Of a stretch of 24,631 nt of DNA, positions 1 to 8,899 are shown piece after piece. A model generated the notes under the pieces. It was not told the origin of the DNA, made no database searches, and saw nothing but the letters and a program-made list of their open reading frames with translations. The position numbers were made by a program, and so were the translations under genes. The DNA is from Candidatus Eiseniibacteriota bacterium (lineage in GTDB: Bacteria > Eisenbacteria > RBG-16-71-46). The stretch spans positions 1-24,631 of the forward strand of contig JANLWX010000226.1 of assembly GCA_031364845.1 (NCBI GenBank), written 5' to 3'. Each line of letters opens with the position of its first letter. Positions within the stretch are counted from its first letter, which is position 1.

Positions 1-3000
1 GTTCGCCGCGGCCGGCACGTTCACCGTGACCTTCACGGTGACCGATGCGCGCGGTGTATCCGATCCCACCCCGGCATCGCGCGTGATCACGGTCAACGGT
101 TCGGGGACCGGCACCGCGGACGGGGTGCACTGGACGATCACGGGCCAGACGGCGGTGACGTTCGACTGGCGTGGCAGCGCGAATGCGATCCGCTACGGCA
201 CGTCGCCCGCGCTCGGCCAGACGCTCGCGGCCGCCACGCCGTCGCCCGCGCCGTTCTCGTCGCCCGGCCCGTACTGGGAGGCGAGGATCACCGGGCTCGC
301 CGAGAACACCCTTTACTACTATTCGATCGGTGGCGGACCTTCGTACACCTTCCATACGCCGCCACCGCGCGGCAGCTCGGGCTTCGTCGCATATGCTCAG
401 GGCGACATCGGCGACTCGGTGAGCTACCGCCGCGTCGTGCCGTGTCAGACGCTGATCGCCGACGCGGCGCCCGATCTCGTGCTGGGGCTCGGCGACATGA
501 CGTACGGCAATGCGCACGGCCTCGCCTCGGTCGACAATCACTTCAACGACGTCATGCGGTGGTCGCGGACCACGCCCTACATGGCCTCGTGGGGCAACCA
601 CGAGTGGGACGCCCCGACCCAGGACGATCTCAGGAACTACAAAGGTCGTTTCGACTTTCCGAATCCGCAGACATCGCCGGGCGCGCCGTCGCTGGGTTGC
701 TGCGGCGAGGATTGGTACTGGTACGACTACGGAAACGTGCGCTTCATCGTCTATCCGGAGCCCTTCACCAGCGCGACCTGGACGAACTGGCAGACGCAGG
801 CCGCCACGCTCATGGAGCAGGCACAGGCCGATCCTCAGATCCGCTGGATCGTGTCGTACGGCCACCGGCCCGCGTACTCGTCCGGCCACCATCCCGGCAG
901 CTCGTCGCTCAGAACCATCATCGACGGACTCGGCGACCGGTTCAGCAAGTACGTGCTCAACCTCAACGGACACAGCCACAACTACGAGCGCACGCATCCG
1001 CAGCACGGGGTCATCCACGTCACGGCGGGCGCGGCCGGCTCGACGCTCGAAGAGGACGGGACATGTCTGTGGCTCACGTGCACGCAACCGTCGTGGTCCG
1101 CATTCCGGGCGATGCATCACAGCGTCGTGCGCCTGGTGGTGGGCGCGAACACGCTGGCCATCGAAGCGGTGTGCGGTCCGGCGGGCGACACCGGCTCCAA
1201 CAAGAACGACATCACATGCACGCAAGGCAGCGTGTTCGATCGCTTCGTGATCGGCGGGGGCACCTCGGACCAGGCGCCGGTTCTGGCCGGACCCGCGACG
1301 GTCGCGGCGATGGAGAACCAGCCCGTGTCGGTCGCGATCACCGCCTCCGATCCCGACGGCGATGCGATCACGTCGCTCACCGCCACACTTTCGGGGTTGC
1401 CTGCGGGACACAACGCAGTATTCACGCCGGCCGCCGACAACCGCTCCGGAACGCTGACGTGGACGCCGGCTTACCATCATGCGGGCAGCTACACCGTGAC
1501 GTACACGGCCGCGAACGCGCTCACGACGTCACGCAATGTCGTGATCCAGGTCGCTAATGTGGATCGCGCCCCTGTTGCGTCATCGCCGCCGGCGGCATCG
1601 GGCGGCGCGGGTGCGCGCGTGACGGTGCAGGTGAGTGCGTCCGATCCCGACGGCGATCCGATCACGTCGCTCACCATGGACGCGAGCGGACTGCCGTCAC
1701 CGAACGACGCCGCCTTCGCCCCGGGAAGCGGCAACACGACCGGTACCTTTACGTGGACGCCGTCGGCTGCCGGCACCTGGAACGTCCACTTCCGCGCGTC
1801 GAACGCGCTCGCGGGAGCGCCGGCCACGACGGCGATCACCGTTTCGAACGGTGATCGCGCGCCAATCATCAGCGCGACGCCAGCGGCACAGGTCGTCCTT
1901 CCGGGACAGGAGGCGCGTATCGATGTCTCCGCATCCGATCCCGACGGCAGTGCCATCACGTCCCTGACGGCCGACCTCACCGTACTGCCTTCCGGTCACG
2001 GCGCGACATTCGTGGCGGCAGCGAACCAGCAGACGGGCGTCCTGCGCTGGACGCCGGCCGCGAACGACACGGGCAACTTCGTCGTGGCCTTCACCGCGCG
2101 TAACGCACTGACCGCCTCGGCCAGTGCTGCGATTCGCGCAAACCGTCCTCCGGCGGCGCGGGTGACTGCGACGCCGTCGAGCGGCACCGCACCGCTCGAT
2201 GTGTCACTCGATGCGTCGGGCTCCACCGATGTCGATGGAACGATCGCATCCTATCTCTTCCAGTTCGGAGACGGCGCGGTGCTCGGACCTCAAAGCGGCT
2301 CGAGTGCCACGCATTCGTACAGTGCCGGCAGCTGGACTCCGAACGTCATCGTCACCGACTCGCGCGGCGCGCGCGACACGGCCGCAATCGCGATCAATGT
2401 GTCCGCACCCTCGGGCGGCGCGCCGAACCTGTGCGGCAATCCTTCGTTCGAGTCCTCCGCAAACGGATGGATCGCTTATCAAGGAAGCACGATCACGCGC
2501 GTCGCATCGGCCACCGCGCACGAAGGCGCCTACGTGATGCGGATGGCGGCGCCCGCAACGCTCCAGGGTAGCGACGGCATCAACGACAATCCGAGCTGGG
2601 TGCTGTCTACGCCCGCCGCGGGAACCCGTTATCGGTTCACGGCGTGGGTGCGATCCGCAACCAGCACCAGCGCCAGCCGCCTTCAGATTCGCGAATACCT
2701 GAATGGGGCGCGGATCGGCGCCGTGCTGCAGACTCCGGCGGTCACTCTGTCGCCCGAATGGAAGATGCTGACGGGGGACTTCACCTGCGGCGTCGCCGGT
2801 TCCTATCTGGACTTCCAGGTGATGTCGGCGCCCAAGGTGGCGGGAGAGGAGTTCGAAACCGACGACATCGCGATCCGGGTCGTGACCGCGGCCCAGGCTC
2901 TCGTCTCCCATCCGGCGCAACCCGGTACCGATGGCGCGGGACTGGCCGACTTCGCACCGTTCGTGATCCCCAACCCGAGTTCGGGCACGGCGACGCTGAA

Positions 3001-3223
3001 TTTCATACTGCCCCGCCCGGGCCCGCTCTCGATCCGCATCTACGACACCACCGGCCGCATGGTGCACCGGCTCTTGGACCGCGCGGCGATGGAGGCAGGG
3101 CGACACACGCTCGCGATCCCCGCGATCGACCACGCGGGCCGCTCGCTGCGCTCGGGCATCTATCACTATGTCATCGATACCGCACACGGCGTGCGCTCGG
3201 GACGCTTCGCCATCGTGCGCTGA
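1..3223 (+). CDS. Secreted multidomain purple acid phosphatase-type metallophosphoesterase, 5'-truncated: PKD end + FN3-like PAP N-domain + metallophosphoesterase + 3 Ig-like repeats + PKD + CBM4/9-like + FlgD/T9SS-like C-terminal domain
   Basis: The frame is open from nt 2 (FAAAGTFTVTFTVTDARG, the end of a PKD domain), so the true start lies upstream of the window. All five PAP motifs occur in order: GDIG, GDMTY, GNHE, SYGH, GHSH. PKD: 'NRPPAARVTATPSSGTAPLDVSLDASGSTDVDGTIASYLFQFGDG'. CBM-like: 'PNLCGNPSFES'. C-terminal domain: 'PNPSSGTATLNFILPRPGPLSIRIYDTTGRMVHRLL'. Confidence 0.88.
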   Translation, partial: FAAAGTFTVTFTVTDARGVSDPTPASRVITVNGSGTGTADGVHWTITGQTAVTFDWRGSANAIRYGTSPALGQTLAAATPSPAPFSSPGPYWEARITGLAENTLYYYSIGGGPSYTFHTPPPRGSSGFVAYAQGDIGDSVSYRRVVPCQTLIADAAPDLVLGLGDMTYGNAHGLASVDNHFNDVMRWSRTTPYMASWGNHEWDAPTQDDLRNYKGRFDFPNPQTSPGAPSLGCCGEDWYWYDYGNVRFIVYPEPFTSATWTNWQTQAATLMEQAQADPQIRWIVSYGHRPAYSSGHHPGSSSLRTIIDGLGDRFSKYVLNLNGHSHNYERTHPQHGVIHVTAGAAGSTLEEDGTCLWLTCTQPSWSAFRAMHHSVVRLVVGANTLAIEAVCGPAGDTGSNKNDITCTQGSVFDRFVIGGGTSDQAPVLAGPATVAAMENQPVSVAITASDPDGDAITSLTATLSGLPAGHNAVFTPAADNRSGTLTWTPAYHHAGSYTVTYTAANALTTSRNVVIQVANVDRAPVASSPPAASGGAGARVTVQVSASDPDGDPITSLTMDASGLPSPNDAAFAPGSGNTTGTFTWTPSAAGTWNVHFRASNALAGAPATTAITVSNGDRAPIISATPAAQVVLPGQEARIDVSASDPDGSAITSLTADLTVLPSGHGATFVAAANQQTGVLRWTPAANDTGNFVVAFTARNALTASASAAIRANRPPAARVTATPSSGTAPLDVSLDASGSTDVDGTIASYLFQFGDGAVLGPQSGSSATHSYSAGSWTPNVIVTDSRGARDTAAIAINVSAPSGGAPNLCGNPSFESSANGWIAYQGSTITRVASATAHEGAYVMRMAAPATLQGSDGINDNPSWVLSTPAAGTRYRFTAWVRSATSTSASRLQIREYLNGARIGAVLQTPAVTLSPEWKMLTGDFTCGVAGSYLDFQVMSAPKVAGEEFETDDIAIRVVTAAQALVSHPAQPGTDGAGLADFAPFVIPNPSSGTATLNFILPRPGPLSIRIYDTTGRMVHRLLDRAAMEAGRHTLAIPAIDHAGRSLRSGIYHYVIDTAHGVRSGRFAIVR
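1268..2140 (+). repeat. Three tandem ~98-aa Ig/cadherin-like repeats within the phosphatase gene
   Basis: The DNA motif tccgatcccgacggc occurs at 1346, 1640 and 1934 (294-nt period). Copies 1 and 2 match at 35/36 nt over 1346-1381 vs 1640-1675. Protein consensus: D.AP....ASDPDG..ITSLT....LP....A.F.......G...WTP.....G...V.F.A.NAL. Confidence 0.9.
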
Positions 3224-3256
3224 CGGAACGCGCCGCGGCGCCGGCGACCGCAACAT

Positions 3257-3295
3257 GCGAACCCCCGCCATCGTGTCCTGATGGCGGGGGTTCGC
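3257..3295. terminator. Perfect 16-bp hairpin between convergent genes, likely a bidirectional terminator or 3' stabilising stem
   Basis: gcgaacccccgccatc-gtgtcct-gatggcgggggttcgc lies between the stop at 3223 (+) and the stop at 3313 (-). No clear U-tract on either strand. Confidence 0.7.
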
Positions 3296-3312
3296 GCTGG
3301 AACCATGCCCGG

Positions 3313-5730
3313 CTACTTGCTCGTGATGCGCATTCCGTAGAACGAGCGGTAGACGAAGAACAGCGCGATCAGCATGAACACGCTCGAGACCGCGATGCGG
3401 ATGCTCGGGTTCGCGACCGCCATCTCGACCGCGAGCAGGCCGAACAGGGTCGTGAACTTGATGATCGGGTTGAGCGCGACCGAGGAGGTGTCCTTGAAGG
3501 GGTCGCCGACCGTGTCGCCGACGATCGTCGCGTCATGCAGATCCGTGCCCTTCGCGTGCAGCTCGACCTCGACGACCTTCTTGGCGTTGTCCCAGGCGCC
3601 GCCCGCGTTCGCCATGAAGATGGCCTGGAACAGGCCAACCACGGCGATGCTGACGAGGTAGGAGATGAAGAACACCGAATCGAAGAAGGCATAGGAGATC
3701 GTCAGACAGAAGATCACGATGAAGATGTTGAACATGCCGTCCTGCGCGTACTTCGTGCAGATCTCGACCACGGTACGCGAGGTCTCCACGCTTGCCGCTT
3801 CGGCGGAATCGAGCTTGATGTTCTTCTTGATGTAATCGACCGCGCGGTAAGCGCCGGTCGTGACGGCCTGCATCGAGGCACCGGTGAACCAGTACACCGT
3901 GCCGCCGCCCATGAGCAGGCCAAGGAGCACCATCGGGTCGAGCAGGTCGAGCCTGAATTCCTGCGGCGGCTGCATCATGCCGAAGTGCTTCTGCAACGTG
4001 AGTACGATCGAGAACAGCATGGTCGTGGCGCCGGCGACCGCGGTGGCGATCAGGACCGGCTTCGCCGTGGCCTTGAAGGTATTGCCCGCGCCGTCGTTGT
4101 CCTCGAGATAGTGCTTGCCCAGCTCGAAGTTGGGCTTGAAGCCGAACTGCTTCTCGACTTCCTGCGCCGCGCCGGGCGTCGATTCGATCTGCGAGAGCTC
4201 GAAGATCGACTGCGCGTTGTCCGTCACCGGGCCGTACGAATCGACCGCGATCGTGACCGGTCCCATGCCGAGCAAGCCGAACGCCACCAGGCCGAATGCG
4301 AACACTGAGCCGTAGGGCATGTCCGCGTTGAGGAACGCGTTGATCGGGCTCGAGAACACGAACGAGAGGAACAACAGCGCCGCCAGCGTCAGGCCCATCC
4401 AGAACACCGAGAAATTTCCGGCGACCAGGCCCGACAGGATGTTGAGGGAAGCGCCGCCCTCCTTGGATGCCGACACGACTTCCTGCACGTGGCGGGAATG
4501 CGCGCTAGTGAAGACTTTGGTGAATTCGGGGATCACCGCCGCGGCGAGCGTGCCGCACGAGATGATGACCGAGAGCGTGAACCAGATGTTGCCGCCGAGC
4601 GGAGCCAGAAGCCAGCGGGAGGCGATGAACGTGACAATGATCGAGAGGATCGAGCAGACCCACACCAGGCTGGTGAGCGGCGCCTCGAAGTCGATCTTCG
4701 CCTTGCCCGTGTTCTGCGCGCGGGCGAATGCCCCGTTGACGAGATAGGACACGATGCTGGTGCCGATCATGAGCACGCGCATCACGAATATCCACACGAG
4801 GAACAGCGCCTTGTGTTCAGGCATCACCGCGAGCGCGATGAAGGTGATGAGCGCGACGCCCGTGACTCCATAGGTTTCGAAGCCGTCGGCGGTGGGGCCG
4901 ACCGAGTCGCCTGCGTTGTCGCCGGTGCAGTCGGCGATCACGCCTGGATTGCGCGGATCGTCTTCCTTGATCTTGAACACGACCTTCATCAGGTCGGAAC
5001 CGATGTCGGCGATCTTCGTGAAGATGCCGCCGGCAATGCGCAGCGCGGAAGCGCCGAGCGACTCGCCGATCGCGAAACCGAGGAAGCACGCGCCGGCACG
5101 GTCGGCGGGGACCCACAGTAGAATGGCGAGCATCATGAGCAACTCGACGCAGATAAGCAGCACGCCGATGCTCATGCCCGCCTGCAGCGGAATCTCGTAC
5201 ACCTTGAGCGGCTTGCCGGTGAGCGAGGCGAACGCCGTGCGCGAATTCGCGAACGTGTTCATGCGGATGCCGAACCACGCGACGCCATAGGATCCAAGGA
5301 TTCCGAGCACCGAGAACGCGAGGATGGTGGCGACGCGTCCGACGTCGAGATGCTGGATGAATCCGAAGTAGTACACGATGCAGGCGCCGATGAAGATCTC
5401 GAGCACCAGGAGCAACTGTCCCTGCTTTAGCAGGTACGCCTTGCACGTTTCATAGATGATGTGCGAAACGTCGAGCATCGACTTGTGGGCGGGCATGGCC
5501 TTGACCTGATTGAACATGGCCAGGCCGAACAGCATGCCTGCCACGCATACGCCCATGCCGATCATCAGAAGCTGCCGCTGCGCCGCATCGAGCGTCGGCA
5601 GTTCGAGGTCGAGTTCGCTCGCAAATGCGCGAACGGGCAGCGCGATCGCGAGACCCACGAGAAGGGCGAGCACTCCGCCGCGCGGCAACAATCGGCGGAA
5701 GAGGGAGCCCGCGGTGCGTCGCTTCGTCAT
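3313..5730 (-). CDS. hppA: Membrane-bound ion-translocating pyrophosphatase, K+-independent type (805 aa)
   Basis: Motifs GGIFTKIADIGSD, EDDPRNPGVIADCTGDNAGD, DSYGPVTDNA, GNTFKA, ANAGGAWDNAKK and GDTVGDPFKDT, with many TM helices. Start moved to ATG at 5730, which has an AAGGAG RBS (plus-strand ctcctt at 5737-5742). The ORF-track extension to 6063 does not look protein-like. Confidence 0.95.
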   Translation of the reverse strand: MTKRRTAGSLFRRLLPRGGVLALLVGLAIALPVRAFASELDLELPTLDAAQRQLLMIGMGVCVAGMLFGLAMFNQVKAMPAHKSMLDVSHIIYETCKAYLLKQGQLLLVLEIFIGACIVYYFGFIQHLDVGRVATILAFSVLGILGSYGVAWFGIRMNTFANSRTAFASLTGKPLKVYEIPLQAGMSIGVLLICVELLMMLAILLWVPADRAGACFLGFAIGESLGASALRIAGGIFTKIADIGSDLMKVVFKIKEDDPRNPGVIADCTGDNAGDSVGPTADGFETYGVTGVALITFIALAVMPEHKALFLVWIFVMRVLMIGTSIVSYLVNGAFARAQNTGKAKIDFEAPLTSLVWVCSILSIIVTFIASRWLLAPLGGNIWFTLSVIISCGTLAAAVIPEFTKVFTSAHSRHVQEVVSASKEGGASLNILSGLVAGNFSVFWMGLTLAALLFLSFVFSSPINAFLNADMPYGSVFAFGLVAFGLLGMGPVTIAVDSYGPVTDNAQSIFELSQIESTPGAAQEVEKQFGFKPNFELGKHYLEDNDGAGNTFKATAKPVLIATAVAGATTMLFSIVLTLQKHFGMMQPPQEFRLDLLDPMVLLGLLMGGGTVYWFTGASMQAVTTGAYRAVDYIKKNIKLDSAEAASVETSRTVVEICTKYAQDGMFNIFIVIFCLTISYAFFDSVFFISYLVSIAVVGLFQAIFMANAGGAWDNAKKVVEVELHAKGTDLHDATIVGDTVGDPFKDTSSVALNPIIKFTTLFGLLAVEMAVANPSIRIAVSSVFMLIALFFVYRSFYGMRITSK

Positions 5731-5878
5731 CGTGTACTCCTTCAGGTTGTCCGTGAATTGGCCGGGCGTAAGTGCCGGTGCTTGAAGCCGATGGGTACGA
5801 CGCGAGGGTGCGGGGCCATGGTCCCGATCGGCGGAGGATGCGCACCACCACGAGCATGTCTGTGGCGGAGAACGCCGC

Positions 5879-5907
5879 AAGATAGCCGACGGTACCCATG
5901 GCCACAA
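5879..5907 (-). promoter_or_regulatory. Candidate sigma70 promoter for hppA
   Basis: Minus strand reads TTGTGG-N17-TATCTT. A perfect TTGACA also lies just upstream (plus-strand tgtcaa at 5923-5928) but has no matching -10 box. Confidence 0.35.
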
Positions 5908-5981
5908 GCTGATTTCGAGCGCTGTCAATGCCCGGAACGCTGACGCCAAGTCTGCGTCGTTCCCGGCCGATAACCCACAGG

Positions 5982-7901
5982 ATGACTTCCTTGGCGTTCG
6001 CACCCGACCCGGCGCCGGCCGATTCATCGGACGCGGACGCGTTCGAGCGCCCGTTGGTTTCACAAGGGCAAGCCCGGCTGTGGATCGCGGTGCTGCTCGG
6101 CTTCGGCCTCGTCATGCGGATCATCGCCGCGAGCCAGATCGCAGCACTTCCGCTGTTCGACGTTCCGACTTCCGAGGCCTCCATCGCACTGCAACGCGCG
6201 ACGGAGATCGCGCACGGCGCCTGGGCCCCGGTCCGTCCGCTCGACGGCGGTGCCATCTATCCTTATCTGCTCGCGGCGATGCTGGCGCTTCCCGGCATCG
6301 GATTCGCCGCCGTCGCGATCGTCCAGGCGGTCGCGGGCGTGGCCACGGTCGCGTTGCTCGCGGGCACCGCGCAACGGCTGTATGGACCGGTGGCGGGAGT
6401 CGCGACCGCGGCACTCGGTGCACTCTATGGATTGTTCGCGTTCCTCGAAGCCGACGCGCTCGATGCGGCATGGGTTCAACTCGCGATCGCATCGGCGCTG
6501 TGGGTGATGGTGCGTCTTGGCGATGTGCATGCTCCGCGTGCCCGCCAGGCACCGCTCATATTCCTGCTCGCGGGACTGACAATTGGGCTCGCGGTGCTGG
6601 AGCGGCCGCAACTCGCGCTGCTGATCCCGGTTCTGGTGGCATGGGTCGCCGTGCGCGGGCGTTCGGCCACTGCCGCGGTCGCCGCGTTGATCGCCGCACT
6701 ATTGCCGGCCGCGGTCGCCGCGATGCTGGCTGCCGATGCGGGGTCGTTCCCGGCAACGCGCGGAGCCGACCTCTACGCGGGCAATCACTCCGGAGCTCGC
6801 GGAACCCCCGCCGAGCCGTGGGTGGTGCGCGCGGCCGAGTACGCATCGCGTCCCGGCGATGCGCGCGTTTCATCGCGCGCCGCCGCCGAAGCGCTGGCGC
6901 AGCGTCAGCTCACGCACGAACAGACCTCCGCGTTCTGGAGCCGGCGCGCGGCCGCGTTCGTGCGCGAGCGTCCGCACGAGGCCGCGGCCCTCGCCGCGCG
7001 CAAGGCGGCGCTGGTGTTCGCCGCGGCTGAGATTCCGAGCGACATCGACTACGCGTTCGTGCGCGAGCGCGCGTGGGCGCTGGGCGCGCTGCCGGTCGGA
7101 TTCGCCGGCGTGCTGTCGTTCGCCGCGATCGGCATCGGCTTCGCGTTCGCCGAGCGCCGGCGCCGCGCGGAAGCGGTGCTGCTGCTCGCGTGTGTGCTCG
7201 CCGTCGCCGCGGGCATGGTGGCGTTCTTCGTTGCGGACCGGCTGCGCGCTCCGATGGTGCTGCCGCTGATGATTGCCGGCGGCGGCGGATGCGCCGCCCT
7301 GATCCGCACCGCCGCGAATCCCGGCGCGCGCCATGACACGCGCGTGGTGCTCGTCATGCTCGTGGCCTGCGCGTGCGCGGTGTTCTCGATGGTGCCGCTC
7401 AACGCCGCCGGACGCGCGCGCGACTGGTGGCTGTTCGCGCGCGCGCTCGAGCTGCGCGGCGATCTGCCGGCGGTGGCCTCGGCCTACGAGAAGTCCGCCG
7501 ATGTGGACGGCAACGCCTACACACGGGGCATGGTGCTGGAACGGCTCGCGTCCACCTACGAGACGATGGGCCTCAATGATCTCGCGGTCACGACGCTGCG
7601 CAACGCGATCGGCGCCGATCCCGACCGCTCGGGAGCGCACCGTCATCTCGGCATGCTCTACGCGAGCACCGGTGATCCCGGCCGCGCGCTTGGCGAATTG
7701 CGGGAGGCGGAGCGGCTGGGCGCGCGGGATCCCGAACTGCTGGGTGTGATCGCGGCACTGCTCGTCTTCGGTGGCGAGAGCGCCGAGGCCAGGGCCTACT
7801 ATGTGCGCGCACGGTCGCTCGCACCCGACGATCCGCGCCTGGCACAGCTCGCGCGTGAATATCCGGCGCTCGCCGGCGGAGCCTCGCCGCCGCTCCGCTG
7901 A
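5982..7901 (+). CDS. GT-C fold (PMT/GT39-like) integral membrane glycosyltransferase-like protein with C-terminal TPR repeats
   Basis: Multiple hydrophobic helices, 'IAHGAW...YPYLLA', 'DLYAGNH', 'FFVADRLRAP'. TPR-like tail: 'LRNAIGADPDRSGAHRHLGMLYASTGDPGRALGEL', 'ARSLAPDDP'. The start could be 5928 or 5982. Confidence 0.7.
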   Translation: MTSLAFAPDPAPADSSDADAFERPLVSQGQARLWIAVLLGFGLVMRIIAASQIAALPLFDVPTSEASIALQRATEIAHGAWAPVRPLDGGAIYPYLLAAMLALPGIGFAAVAIVQAVAGVATVALLAGTAQRLYGPVAGVATAALGALYGLFAFLEADALDAAWVQLAIASALWVMVRLGDVHAPRARQAPLIFLLAGLTIGLAVLERPQLALLIPVLVAWVAVRGRSATAAVAALIAALLPAAVAAMLAADAGSFPATRGADLYAGNHSGARGTPAEPWVVRAAEYASRPGDARVSSRAAAEALAQRQLTHEQTSAFWSRRAAAFVRERPHEAAALAARKAALVFAAAEIPSDIDYAFVRERAWALGALPVGFAGVLSFAAIGIGFAFAERRRRAEAVLLLACVLAVAAGMVAFFVADRLRAPMVLPLMIAGGGGCAALIRTAANPGARHDTRVVLVMLVACACAVFSMVPLNAAGRARDWWLFARALELRGDLPAVASAYEKSADVDGNAYTRGMVLERLASTYETMGLNDLAVTTLRNAIGADPDRSGAHRHLGMLYASTGDPGRALGELREAERLGARDPELLGVIAALLVFGGESAEARAYYVRARSLAPDDPRLAQLAREYPALAGGASPPLR

Positions 7902-7914
7902 AATTCGCGGGCTG

Positions 7915-7942
7915 TTGCCCGCCGCGCGCGGCGCGGTACTCT
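7915..7942 (+). promoter_or_regulatory. Candidate sigma70 promoter giving a leaderless transcript
   Basis: TTGCCC (7915-7920)-N16-TACTCT (7937-7942), then 6 nt to the ATG at 7949. No Shine-Dalgarno sequence. Confidence 0.5.
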
Positions 7943-7948
7943 GCGCGC

Positions 7949-8899
7949 ATGACCACTTCCCCCCGCCGCATCGTGTCGCTGATCGCTTCGAGCACCGAGA
8001 TGGTGTGTGCGCTCGGGTGTGGCGACCGCCTGGTCGGCCGCTCGCACGAGTGCGATCACCCCGCATGGGTGCGCCGGCTGCCCGCGGTCACCTCGCCCAA
8101 GTTCGCGACCGACGGACACTCCTACGACATCGACCAGCGCGTGCGCGCGATCGTCGAGCAGGGCGTTTCCGTGTACGCGGTCGATGCGCCCGCGCTCGCG
8201 GCACTCGCGCCGGATGTGATCCTCACGCAAACCCAGTGCGAAGTGTGTGCGGTCAGCGCGCGCGATCTGGAGGAGGCCGCTGCCGCGCTGATGCCGTCGC
8301 GGCCGCGGATCGTCGCACTCGAACCCAATGCGCTCGCCGATCTGTGGCGCGATTTCGAGCGCGTCGCCGAAGCGCTCGATGTCGTGCCGCGCGGTGCTGC
8401 CGTGATCGGAGCGCTGCGCGAGCGCATGGACGTGATCGCCGCGCACGCGGCGTCGATCCGCCACCGTCCGAAGGTCGCGTGCATCGAGTGGATCGATCCG
8501 CTGATGGCCGCCGGCAACTGGGCCCCCGAGCTGATCGCGCTTGCGGGCGGGACCGACGTTCTCGGCACCCCCGGTGCGCATGCGCCGCGGCTCACGTGGG
8601 AGGAACTCGCCGCGGCGGATCCCGACGTGGTGCTTGTGACCCCGTGCGGTTTTAAACTCGAGCGGATCCGCGAGGAAATGCAGCCGCTCGAGATGCATCC
8701 GCAGTGGAACGCGCTGCGCGCCGTGCGCGCGGGCGAGGTCTACCTCGGTGACGGTAACGCGTATTTCAATCGGCCCGGCCCGCGCGTGGTGGAAACACTC
8801 GAGATCATCGCCGAGATCCTGCATTCGCACGCATTCACGTTCGGCCACGAGGGCAAAGGGTGGGAGCGGTACGATCCGCTGCGATCGGACGTCGAGTGA
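7949..8899 (+). CDS. BtuF/TroA-like (cobalamin/Fe-siderophore-type) substrate-binding fold protein without a signal peptide
   Basis: 'RIVSLIASSTEMVCALG..DRLVGRSHECDHP', 'LAPDVILTQ', 'CIEWIDPLMAAGNW.PELI.LAGG', 'DPDVVLV', 'YFNRPGPRVVETLE'. Confidence 0.85.
   Translation: MTTSPRRIVSLIASSTEMVCALGCGDRLVGRSHECDHPAWVRRLPAVTSPKFATDGHSYDIDQRVRAIVEQGVSVYAVDAPALAALAPDVILTQTQCEVCAVSARDLEEAAAALMPSRPRIVALEPNALADLWRDFERVAEALDVVPRGAAVIGALRERMDVIAAHAASIRHRPKVACIEWIDPLMAAGNWAPELIALAGGTDVLGTPGAHAPRLTWEELAAADPDVVLVTPCGFKLERIREEMQPLEMHPQWNALRAVRAGEVYLGDGNAYFNRPGPRVVETLEIIAEILHSHAFTFGHEGKGWERYDPLRSDVE

Noticed and set aside
1346..1948. Regularly spaced DNA repeats as a CRISPR array or DGR template/variable repeats
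   Set aside because: The 294-nt in-frame period matches protein domain repeats. There is no cas or reverse transcriptase gene and no adenine-specific mismatch pattern.
5731..6063. 111-aa N-terminal extension of hppA in the ORF track
   Set aside because: It has non-protein-like composition and overlaps the divergent gene, and a good RBS precedes the ATG at 5730.
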